64,000 nucleotides of DNA, from the IMG/VR virus record IMGVR_UViG_3300029922_000031, positions 1 through 64,000 of that record, one strand, 5' to 3'. Position numbers and translations under genes: made by a program. The notes below the pieces were generated by a model. That model ran no database searches, had not been told where the DNA came from, and worked only from the letters and a program-made list of their open reading frames with translations. Shown piece by piece: positions 56,332 through 64,000 of this stretch; position 1 is the first letter of the stretch, and each line of letters opens with the position of its first letter. This DNA is from a virus.

Positions 56332-57420
56332 TTACATTTCGTACCAGCCCTTCCCCCACAGCAGCAGCAGACGCTCAAAGTACGCCTCGTATTTGGCGCC
56401 GATGACGGCGTGCGAATAGCGATCGATGACGTGGTTCTGAATTTTGAGCGGCGTTAGCGATCGAGCTTTGATCGCCGCGTCGCAGAATTCCTTGAACGTG
56501 CGGCAGCGAAAGCCGGTGACGCCGTCGATAACGGTCTCGGTGAACGCGCCCCAGTCGCTGGTGATGACTGGCGTGCCGCAGGCCATCGCTTCGATCGCGA
56601 CGTTGCCGAAGGGCTCGATATAGATCGTAGGAACGAACACGGCCGTCGCCTCACTCATGAGCTTGCCGCGCTCTTCCGGGCCGACGACACCGACGTATTC
56701 GACTTCGGGCGACCAGACGAGACCGGCCTCTTTGGCGCCAGGGCCTGCAATCACGAGTCGCTTGCCGAGCCTCTGGCAGACCTCGATCGCGATCTTGTAG
56801 CCCTTGCGATCGATCAGCCGGCCGACGAAGAGGTAGTAGTCCTTCTTCTTGCGAGTCGCCGCAGATCCCAGAGGAAACATGGCCGGATCGAGATAGCCGG
56901 GAATGACGGCCTCGAACCATTCGCCGTTGGCGTTCTGCGGATTGCCGTGCGTCGCGGCGCCGTAGCAGGTGTGCATCCAGGCGTAGCTCTCCCACACCCG
57001 ATATTTCGAGAACGTCCCGCCGTAGCCAATGCCAAACTCGACGGTCATGAACTCGGGGAAAGCGTCGGCGATCGCCTTGTGCGGGTAGCCGCCGATCACG
57101 CAGATGAAGTCCTTGGGGAGCGCACGCCTACGAATCTCGGTGATCGCGTTGGCGTTAAAGAGACGCCAATGAGCGTCGTTGGGGTCGAAGCTGGCGCTGA
57201 CGTAGTGCTTGTCGCCGACTGCGGCCGCTCGAACGATTTCCGAGATACAGGGGATGTGTTCGGTGCAGGGCGCCTCGTTCTGTTCGCCGGCGTAGAGAAA
57301 GACCTCATGACCGCGCGCCATCATCATCTTGCAGAAGCCGATGACCTTCGCCGTGTAGGCGCAGGTTGAAAACTCGGCGACCGTGTTCGTGTGGGGTAAA
57401 CTGACAACGTGGAAGCGCAT
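56332..57420 (-). CDS. GT-B (GT4-like) glycosyltransferase
   Basis: LFVGRL..RKG; EPFGNVAIEAMACGTPVI (EX7E). Confidence 0.9.
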   Translation of the reverse strand: MRFHVVSLPHTNTVAEFSTCAYTAKVIGFCKMMMARGHEVFLYAGEQNEAPCTEHIPCISEIVRAAAVGDKHYVSASFDPNDAHWRLFNANAITEIRRRALPKDFICVIGGYPHKAIADAFPEFMTVEFGIGYGGTFSKYRVWESYAWMHTCYGAATHGNPQNANGEWFEAVIPGYLDPAMFPLGSAATRKKKDYYLFVGRLIDRKGYKIAIEVCQRLGKRLVIAGPGAKEAGLVWSPEVEYVGVVGPEERGKLMSEATAVFVPTIYIEPFGNVAIEAMACGTPVITSDWGAFTETVIDGVTGFRCRTFKEFCDAAIKARSLTPLKIQNHVIDRYSHAVIGAKYEAYFERLLLLWGKGWYEM

Positions 57421-57486
57421 GTCCCTGCCCTGAATCAATCATCACTGACTGATGTTATAGCGCACAGAGAGCCCCGTGTAGAGCGA

Positions 57487-58044
57487 TCAGTAGTTGGCCA
57501 CAAGCGCGAGCACGGCGGCTGAGCACGCCGGCCAGTGCGAGTCATCGGCATAGGTCGCGTCGGCAGCGGTGATGAGCGCTCGGCACGCGGCGACCGTCGA
57601 GGCGATCCACCCGACGGCAGTCTGATACGTAGTCATGTCGGCGGCACTGAGAAGCCCCGCCGCCGCGTTTCCGATCATGTTCTGCTGAGTAGTTGCGGAA
57701 GCGACGGCGTAGATGCGCCGAGAGCATTCGGCATTGATGGTGTTGGCGAGAACGTTGGGGTCGAACTGCTGTCCATAGACGACCGTCTTGATAGTCTGCG
57801 TGCCATCGAACGTGATGGTCACACCCGTCGGTGTGTACCAGGGCGCGGGTGGTGCATCGACGAGCTGGCGCAGCACCAGCTTGCTGCCATCGGCCAACAC
57901 CTGACCGAGCGCGGCGCAGTGAACGAAGTCGCCGTTCGAGAGCTTGATGACGTCGGGGATGCTGGGGAATTGACCCGCTGTATCGCCGAAGAACTGTAGC
58001 TCTTTGCCCGTGGCGTCGACGAGCGAGTAGCCAATCTGTTGCAT
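57487..58044 (-). CDS. Putative tail-fibre assembly/accessory protein
   Basis: Downstream of fibre genes; AECSRRI...Q.N...W...DD.HWP pattern. Confidence 0.55.
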   Translation of the reverse strand: MQQIGYSLVDATGKELQFFGDTAGQFPSIPDVIKLSNGDFVHCAALGQVLADGSKLVLRQLVDAPPAPWYTPTGVTITFDGTQTIKTVVYGQQFDPNVLANTINAECSRRIYAVASATTQQNMIGNAAAGLLSAADMTTYQTAVGWIASTVAACRALITAADATYADDSHWPACSAAVLALVANY

Positions 58045-58045
58045 G

Positions 58046-59068
58046 TCACATCCCAAGCATTGCTAGGTTGAAGCCGAAAGTCGCGCTAATGTAGAAGGTG
58101 TAGCGGACCATGCCCGCCGCGCCGGTGCCGCCCGATCCCGACGCCCAGTTGCCGCCACCCCCGCCGCTAGGGGCCGCCCCGGCGTTCGACGACGTCCCAG
58201 CGTTGCCGCCTGCACCGCCATCTGGAGGGCCGCCCGCACCACCTGTACCAGTGGGAGACGCTGCACCGGCTGTGCCAGCTCCAGTTGGGCCGCCGCCGCC
58301 GCCACCCCCGCCGCCGGGACTGACCTGGCTGGAGTTTCCACCACCATTGCCTCCATTTTTCCCTGTAGCCCCTGTTGGCCCATAAGTGCCACCCGTACCA
58401 CCGACCGTATTGGTGATGGCGTCTCCGCCCGTACCACCCGTTGCATAGAGGCCATTGGCAATTGAAGTTGGCTGCGAGGTAGCTGAGATATTCAGCCACG
58501 AATTTGTTCCGGTCGCGCCAACGTTGATCGATCCAGCGGTCGTGGCGCCGACAGACCAATGAAGCGTACTTCCTGATGTAAAGGAGAGCAGGAGCAGGCC
58601 GGCATAACCACCACCAGCGCCACCCGATCCCGCCTTATTGTGGCCACCGCCTGCCCCGCCGCCAGCGTAAGCTTCAAGCCCGACGGCATATGTGCTGGCC
58701 GGGGCGCTTGCGCTGCCCGCGCCGGTCGCCGTGACGGTCGTCGAGAACTCGTAGGTGACGTCGCCGCCGATGCCTGGCGCCCAGCAGGGCGTCGGCAGAT
58801 CCCACAAGCTCGGCTGCAACGGCAGCGTGCCAGAGCCAAGCGCCTTGAGGAAGCGCTCCGACTGCGCGCGCGTTCGAAAGAAGCCGATCCACGCAGCGTT
58901 CCCGTCAGGGCGACGCGCGATCAGGTAGCGCTGCGGACGAGCAACGCCGTCGAGCGGGCGGGCCACGCGCTCCGAGCGCGCGATCGCCGTCCCTAGCGTT
59001 TCAAGCGCGCGCGCGGCAAGAAGACCAGGCGGTGGCTTGAAGCTGGGATTGTAGTGAGCCAGCATCAT
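58046..59068 (-). CDS. Glycine-rich virion/fibre-associated protein
   Basis: AGGGAGGG...GGGGG tracts. Confidence 0.7.
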   Translation of the reverse strand: MMLAHYNPSFKPPPGLLAARALETLGTAIARSERVARPLDGVARPQRYLIARRPDGNAAWIGFFRTRAQSERFLKALGSGTLPLQPSLWDLPTPCWAPGIGGDVTYEFSTTVTATGAGSASAPASTYAVGLEAYAGGGAGGGHNKAGSGGAGGGYAGLLLLSFTSGSTLHWSVGATTAGSINVGATGTNSWLNISATSQPTSIANGLYATGGTGGDAITNTVGGTGGTYGPTGATGKNGGNGGGNSSQVSPGGGGGGGGGPTGAGTAGAASPTGTGGAGGPPDGGAGGNAGTSSNAGAAPSGGGGGNWASGSGGTGAAGMVRYTFYISATFGFNLAMLGM

Positions 59069-61425
59069 TGCAGCGCGTAGATGCTGTAGGTCGACACACC
59101 GTTGATGCGTCGGATGAAGAGGATGAACTTGCTACCGCTCGTCGTCGTCAGCGGGCTGCCGATCGACGAACCAACTGTGTAGCCAGAGAACGTGATCGAG
59201 CCGGCGGATGCCCCATTGGTGACGAGGATGTCGATCTCGCAGTCAGACGCCGGCGCCGCCAATGTGAAGGCGCCGTTGTTCGTCAGATACTGCACGTTGC
59301 CGAGCGCCGGGTTTGGCGTCGTGGTGCCGCTCGAGACGGTGCCAAGGTTGTTTGGCGCGAGCGAGAAGCCGACGCCGATCGTCGCCGTCGCTGAGAAGTT
59401 CGGTCCCGATGCGCCGGTGGCGCCGGTCGGGCCGATTGCACCCGTGGCGCCTGACGCTCCTGATGCTCCGACGCCCGTTGGGCCGGTGGCTCCAACAGCG
59501 CCGGTAGCTCCCGTCACGCCGACGCCGGTCGGTCCGACAGGACCCGTCACACCGATAGGTCCAGTAACGCCTACGGGGCCGGTGGCCCCCGTCACGCCCG
59601 CTCCGGTGGCTCCAACAGGGCCGGTAGCTCCAACAGGGCCGGTGAAGCTCGCGCCAGTGACACCAATCGGACCAGTGACACCGATCGGACCAGTGACACC
59701 AATCGGACCAGTGACACCGATCGGACCAGTGACACCAATCGGACCAGTGACACCGATCGGACCAGTCGCGCCGGTCGCTCCGACTTGGGCGATCAACGTC
59801 CAGTAGGTGCTCCAGCTTGCGCCAATTCCAGGCTCGGTCGTCGAGCCGGAGGTGTTTCCGAGCTTGCAATAATAGCTTGCGCCACCATCCGAGACTGCGT
59901 CGTTGATCGCGTAGACGGTGGCCGTAACCCAAGCGCCACGCCAATTGATCGCAGGACCCGTGACGCCGGTCGGTCCGATCGCGCCGGTGACTCCTACGGG
60001 ACCAGTGACGCCGGCGGGGCCGGTTGCCCCTGTAACGCCCGCGCCGGTCGCCCCAACGGGACCAGTTGCGCCAGTGACACCTGCCCCGGTCGCCCCGACG
60101 GAGCCTGTCACGCCTACGGGACCAGTGACGCCGGCCGGGCCGGTAGAGCCGGTTGGACCAGTGGCGCCCCGCTGCGCGATCAGCGTCCAATAGGTCGTCC
60201 AGGTTCCACCGACACCGGGCTCAGTGCCCGATGCAGACGTGTGCGCCGACGTGCAGATATAGCTCGAGCCGGAATCCGCGACGGCGTCGTAAACGGCGTA
60301 GGCGGTGCTCAGCGCCCAAGCGGAGCGCCAGGTGGTTGAGCCGCCCGCGGGACCGGTTGCTCCGGTCGCTCCGGTTGCTCCACTTACGCCGGAGTCGCCA
60401 ACCTGAGCGAGCAGACTCCACTTCGCCGTCCAAGCCGACCCAAGGCCGGGCTCGTTGAGGGCGGCGCTCGACGTGTGTGCGGTCGTACAAATGTAGCTGG
60501 AGCCGGAATCCGCGACGGCGTCATTGACGACGTACGCCGTTGCGTCGGCCCACGCTTGACGCCAGTTCGTGGAGCCGCCCGCGGGGCCGGTCGACCCAGA
60601 GGGGCCACTGGCGCCGGTCGGACCGGTTGATCCCGTCACACCGGCGGGGCCGGTCGGGCCAGTGGGGCCGGTTGCTCCGGATGCGCCGGGTCCGGTGGGA
60701 CCAGTGAGACCCGTCGTGCCCGTCGCGCCTACGGCGCCTGTAACGCCGACAGGTCCAGTGACACCGACAGGTCCCGTGGGGCCTTCGGCGCCAGTCGGGC
60801 CGATTGCACCCGTGGCGCCTTGCTGCGCCATGAGCGACCAGTAAGTCGTCCAGCTTGCGCCAACGCCGGGTTCAGTCGTCGAACTCGACGTGTTCCCAAG
60901 CTTGCAGTAGTAGCTGGAGCCGCCGTTTGAGACGGCGGCGTTGATCGCGTAGACGGTGTCCGTGAGCCAGTCTGAGCGCCAATCGATGACCGGGCCAGTG
61001 ACGCCGGCGGGACCGGTGACACCCGCGGGGCCGCTCGCTCCCGAAGGACCGGTCGAACCGCTGGCGCCGGAAGCGCCCATGACGCCGGTTGGGCCTGTCG
61101 TACCTTGAGCGCCGGTCGGGCCGACGGAGCCCGTGGGTCCAACAGGTCCTGTGGGACCACTTGCGCCGGAAGCGCCAGTCGAAGCGAGAAGACTCCACTT
61201 CGTCGTCCAGCTTGCGCCGACGCCGGGCTGCGTCGTAGAACCCGAAGTGTGTGCAGCGGTGCAGATGTAACTCGAGCCGTCGAGCGAGACTGCGTCGTTG
61301 AGGAGATAAGCGGTGGCGGTGAGCCAGACATCACGCCAGTTTGTCGAGCCGCCCGCGGGGCCGGTGGGGCCGGTGACGCCGATCGGGCCGGTAGAGCCGA
61401 CAACTTGAAGGATAACGCTCGTCAT
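59065..61425 (-). CDS. Collagen-like (G-X-T) fibre with five CBM5/12-like modules
   Basis: GPT/GVT/GAT triplets interrupted by five W...Y..NDAV..GSSY.C..HTS..PG.G..W...W-type repeats. Confidence 0.85.
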   Translation of the reverse strand: MTSVILQVVGSTGPIGVTGPTGPAGGSTNWRDVWLTATAYLLNDAVSLDGSSYICTAAHTSGSTTQPGVGASWTTKWSLLASTGASGASGPTGPVGPTGSVGPTGAQGTTGPTGVMGASGASGSTGPSGASGPAGVTGPAGVTGPVIDWRSDWLTDTVYAINAAVSNGGSSYYCKLGNTSSSTTEPGVGASWTTYWSLMAQQGATGAIGPTGAEGPTGPVGVTGPVGVTGAVGATGTTGLTGPTGPGASGATGPTGPTGPAGVTGSTGPTGASGPSGSTGPAGGSTNWRQAWADATAYVVNDAVADSGSSYICTTAHTSSAALNEPGLGSAWTAKWSLLAQVGDSGVSGATGATGATGPAGGSTTWRSAWALSTAYAVYDAVADSGSSYICTSAHTSASGTEPGVGGTWTTYWTLIAQRGATGPTGSTGPAGVTGPVGVTGSVGATGAGVTGATGPVGATGAGVTGATGPAGVTGPVGVTGAIGPTGVTGPAINWRGAWVTATVYAINDAVSDGGASYYCKLGNTSGSTTEPGIGASWSTYWTLIAQVGATGATGPIGVTGPIGVTGPIGVTGPIGVTGPIGVTGPIGVTGASFTGPVGATGPVGATGAGVTGATGPVGVTGPIGVTGPVGPTGVGVTGATGAVGATGPTGVGASGASGATGAIGPTGATGASGPNFSATATIGVGFSLAPNNLGTVSSGTTTPNPALGNVQYLTNNGAFTLAAPASDCEIDILVTNGASAGSITFSGYTVGSSIGSPLTTTSGSKFILFIRRINGVSTYSIYALQ
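59654..59761. repeat. 18-bp tandem repeat x6 (36-bp unit x3)
   Basis: ccagtgacacc(a/g)atcgga with alternating a/g, encoding GPIGVT. Confidence 0.95.
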
Positions 61426-61475
61426 CTGCCCATGGTCCTAGAGAAACCCCAGAGTAAGTCAAAACTGATTGATAT

Positions 61476-63353
61476 TCAAGCTCGCCATTTTCCCTTCTGG
61501 AAAGTCACGAGGCTGCGCTTGTCGTTCGGGTAGTGAATGATGTCGGCCGTAGCCCAGCTCGACGGGCCAAGATTGTAGCCGTGATGCAAATTCATCCCGC
61601 CGGCGCCATAGACGCCGTCGTTAATCGAGGGCGAGTGCTTATCGCCGACAGACATTTTCCGACCCATCTTCGCGTAGCCCATCATGGTCGCGCGGGTGCC
61701 GTTCGACCCACGAAAGCCGTGATGACCGCACTCGATCCCGCCAATCAGGTAGGAATAGCCGTCATAGGCCCACTCGACGTGGTCGACGCTCTTGCCCATC
61801 AGATCGCGCAGGGCGTATTCGAGCAGCGCGAACCGTTCTGGCTCCTTGTAGGCGTCGAGCGCCTTGGCGACTCGATAGCGATTGTTCGCCATCGCCGCCT
61901 CGAGTTTTAGACCGAATGAAAGATTGATGCCGTCATTCCGATAGCGCCCCTCTTTGATGTAGCGATTGAGGGCGAGATCGTGATTCGATTCGACGTTGAC
62001 GATCTTGAGACCGGGTCGTTTGAGCGCGGCGTAGAAGGCGCCGAGGTTCTCGACCTCCGTCTGAACCGACGAGCGGCCGCGCACCGCCAGCTCATAGGCG
62101 GCATGGCCGTCGTCTGCCCTGTGATGGTTGCCGATCTCCTGATCGTGCCCGTCATGAATGAAGATCGTCTCCGGCTTCAGAACGTCGAGGATCGACTGAT
62201 TCCAGATGTGCTTGTTCGTACGAACGTCGAGACCGAAGTTGCCGCGCGCGTTCGCCGGGTCGAGCTTGGCGTGATGCAGGTCGCCGAAGACGATCGCCTT
62301 GACCGTGTGACCGGTCTCGACCAGGCCGTCATGCACGAAGATGTTGAGGTCGTAGAAACTTCCATCCTCGCTGGCGTTGAGCTGCCGGCAGAAGACATCG
62401 CCATCTTCGTCGAACTCGACCAGCGTCGCGCCGATGACATGGTGAAAGATCGACTTTGAGCCGGCTTTCCGGGCGATCACCTTGGGGCGCGTGACGGCGC
62501 CGGAGGTCATGATCTGATAGGCTTGAACGCCCGGATCGGTCGACGGGATGCTTTCGAGCGCGAGCTTGGAATGCGGGAAGACTGCCCAGCGGCTGCGGCT
62601 GTATGTGGCGAGACCGGAGAGCGGCCGATCGGCGGTCGGCAGCGTGTTCATTTCGCCGCAGAAGACGAAGTTATCGCCGATGGCGAGCTGACCGAAGCAC
62701 AGATGCGGCGTCAGTTCATTGGCGTAGGAGCGCGAGATCGGGTTGTTCTCGCTCCACCACTGCGTCTCATAGGTCCATGGGCCGACGATGATCTCGGCGC
62801 CGATCGCCGTGGCGTAGGCTTGAAGATTGATCCAGAACTCGGCGTGAAGCGGCGCGTCGTTCTGAGCGCCGGCGAAGATGAACTTGCGATCGCGGCAGTC
62901 GGCGATCGGCGCGACCCGGAGGGTGTCTGAGATCCAGGTGCGCGGGGTGCCCTCGATCATTTCATAGACGCCAGTATCGCGGTCATAGCGCTCGGAGAGA
63001 TAGCTGTCGACGATGATCGCTTCGGGATTGATGACGGGATAGTCAGAGCGCTGCAACAGCGTTGTGATCTCTGCGTTCAGTCGCGTAGCGCGCGCTTTGG
63101 CATGATCTTGGGCGGTGAGCTCGGGCGCTTCTTCTGTCTTGACCTCGACATCCTTCTCACGCGACCGGGTGACGATCAGCGGCAGGCTCATGCCCGCCTC
63201 GAGGAGCTGACGATGCGTCGCGGCGCGGTTGATCACCGATTTGCGGGAGAGGCCGAGAGCTGCCGCAACATGCGCGATAGTCGGGCAATCATCGAGATCG
63301 TTGTACGCGGCGATGAACTCGTCCATCTTCGGGACAGATTGGAAACCCACCAT
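61476..63353 (-). CDS. T5 A1-like metallophosphoesterase/nuclease with N-terminal HTH
   Basis: AQND, CGEMN.LPTA..PLSG, KAG.K..FHH, FCRQLNA, FGDLH, ESNHD, HHG. Confidence 0.7.
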   Translation of the reverse strand: MVGFQSVPKMDEFIAAYNDLDDCPTIAHVAAALGLSRKSVINRAATHRQLLEAGMSLPLIVTRSREKDVEVKTEEAPELTAQDHAKARATRLNAEITTLLQRSDYPVINPEAIIVDSYLSERYDRDTGVYEMIEGTPRTWISDTLRVAPIADCRDRKFIFAGAQNDAPLHAEFWINLQAYATAIGAEIIVGPWTYETQWWSENNPISRSYANELTPHLCFGQLAIGDNFVFCGEMNTLPTADRPLSGLATYSRSRWAVFPHSKLALESIPSTDPGVQAYQIMTSGAVTRPKVIARKAGSKSIFHHVIGATLVEFDEDGDVFCRQLNASEDGSFYDLNIFVHDGLVETGHTVKAIVFGDLHHAKLDPANARGNFGLDVRTNKHIWNQSILDVLKPETIFIHDGHDQEIGNHHRADDGHAAYELAVRGRSSVQTEVENLGAFYAALKRPGLKIVNVESNHDLALNRYIKEGRYRNDGINLSFGLKLEAAMANNRYRVAKALDAYKEPERFALLEYALRDLMGKSVDHVEWAYDGYSYLIGGIECGHHGFRGSNGTRATMMGYAKMGRKMSVGDKHSPSINDGVYGAGGMNLHHGYNLGPSSWATADIIHYPNDKRSLVTFQKGKWRA

Positions 63354-63434
63354 GAATCAGTTCTCTCTGCTGCGCTGGAACCGCTTGAAAGCGATCCCTT
63401 CTAATATAGCAAGATCAGTCAACGTTGACTGGAA

Positions 63435-63761
63435 TCATTGGAGTTTCGTCCGTTTCATAGCGGCAGTCGCCTTCTCGTAGTAGTTTACGATGTTGCTCAT
63501 CCGCAGCATCCAGCTTGCCACTTGGACGTCGTTCTGGAGGGCGAGCTTCTCGTCGCCCATCGACACGCAGGCCATTGTGCCGCAGAGACCCCAGTGAATG
63601 CGCGAGAGCTTGACCGGCGCCGGGCGAGCCGGCTGCGCGATCGCGATAGGCTCAACGCTTAACTGGACGGGCGGCGCCGGAGGCTGACTCGAGCAGGCTG
63701 TCAACAGCGTCATTGTCGCGATTGATAGCGTCAATCGCCTTGACCATTTCAGGATCGACAT
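63435..63761 (-). CDS. o-spanin (Rz1-like lipoprotein)
   Basis: Lipobox LLTAC followed by Pro-rich segment; overlaps upstream gene. Confidence 0.7.
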   Translation of the reverse strand: MSILKWSRRLTLSIATMTLLTACSSQPPAPPVQLSVEPIAIAQPARPAPVKLSRIHWGLCGTMACVSMGDEKLALQNDVQVASWMLRMSNIVNYYEKATAAMKRTKLQ

Positions 63762-63999
63762 TTGCATCTTCCTTCTTTGCTGGCGTGATTGGCGGCTTCG
63801 GCTCAGTGATGGTTTGGATCTGCGTCTGAACATCAGCCGCTTGGCTAGACGCCGCCGCATCGGAATTCACGAGCCCCACAAGGGCGCCCGCCTGCGATCG
63901 CGCCTGCTGGCGCTGAATCTCCGAGGACTGCGCCTGATACTGCGTGACGACCTCTGCCCTGGCAGCGATCTGCGCCTGTGCAATCAGTCGGTTCTGAGT
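63652..63999 (-). CDS. i-spanin (Rz-like), 5' end outside window
   Basis: Frame open to window edge; Q/A-rich helix; overlaps the lipoprotein gene. Confidence 0.6.
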   Translation of the reverse strand, partial: TQNRLIAQAQIAARAEVVTQYQAQSSEIQRQQARSQAGALVGLVNSDAAASSQAADVQTQIQTITEPKPPITPAKKEDANVDPEMVKAIDAINRDNDAVDSLLESASGAARPVKR

Positions 64000-64000
64000 G

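Larger units (their letters stand above)
6412..63410 (-). promoter_or_regulatory. Recurrent minus-strand promoter (CCGC-N9-)GCTATA, about 19 copies
   Basis: TATAGC on + at 6412, 7679, 12351, 12705, 17345, 19833, 21045, 25346, 30030, 30923, 35703, 36652, 45721, 46463, 51711, 54680, 55416, 57456, 63405; exact CCGC-N9 at 12351, 17345, 30030, 35703, 36652, 51711, 54680. Confidence 0.8.
2689..63431. promoter_or_regulatory. Dispersed palindromic operator family (C/A)A(G/A)TCA-N4-TGA(C/T)T(G/T), about 21 copies
   Basis: 16-mers starting at 2689, 5941, 11869, 17371, 18014, 19810, 21018, 24049, 25327, 30008, 33181, 35739, 36633, 42897, 45755, 48263, 51697, 56288, 57436, 61456, 63416; almost all intergenic or at gene ends. 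Confidence 0.85.
1..64000. mobile_element. Segment of a large temperate phage-plasmid (alphaproteobacterial host likely)
   Basis: Phage replication, recombination and nucleotide genes, fibre and spanin genes, HTH repressor and a plasmid-type repC with ctRNA; dense ATGA/GTGA-coupled minus-strand operons; no integrase or host housekeeping operons in the window. Confidence 0.88.

Noticed and set aside
59654-59761. CRISPR array
   Set aside because: No spacers; in-frame collagen coding repeat; no cas genes

Overview
The window is a 64-kb segment of a large, GC-rich temperate phage-plasmid, most likely of an alphaproteobacterial host (RepC-family initiator, GANTC cluster). Its gene set resembles, from memory, the SSU5/pHCM2-like and Sinorhizobium pLM21S1/RHEph10-like elements. 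Almost all genes are on the minus strand. Reading from the right end leftwards: spanins, a T5 A1-like nuclease, a collagen-like fibre and glycosyltransferase, PhoH, an Hfq-like protein, DnaB, primase, ligase, a stand-alone plus-strand repC with an antisense ctRNA, an HTH repressor, CobT/CobS, a sigma-like factor, DnaE with a UDG-like tail, SSB, tRNA-Asn, 5'-3' exonuclease, RecA, SbcCD, RuvC-like resolvase, class II RNR, MTase, dUTPase, DnaQ, ThyX, RtcB, an alarmone-hydrolase-like HD protein and many small accessory ORFs. Main observations: (1) four unrelated proteins share a C-terminal NPN[WY]G[AS]F-type peptide conserved at protein, not DNA, level; (2) about 21 palindromic operators are paired with about 19 GCTATA promoters, many with CCGC 9 nt upstream, and candidate repressor and sigma genes are present; (3) an ArfA-like/SAH/RtcB translation-rescue cluster; (4) a phage Hfq-like gene and several structured non-coding segments, including about 580 nt at the left edge. 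Four apparent 1-bp homopolymer deletions in the first 7.3 kb may be sequencing errors. All family assignments are by eye from motifs; no searches were run.
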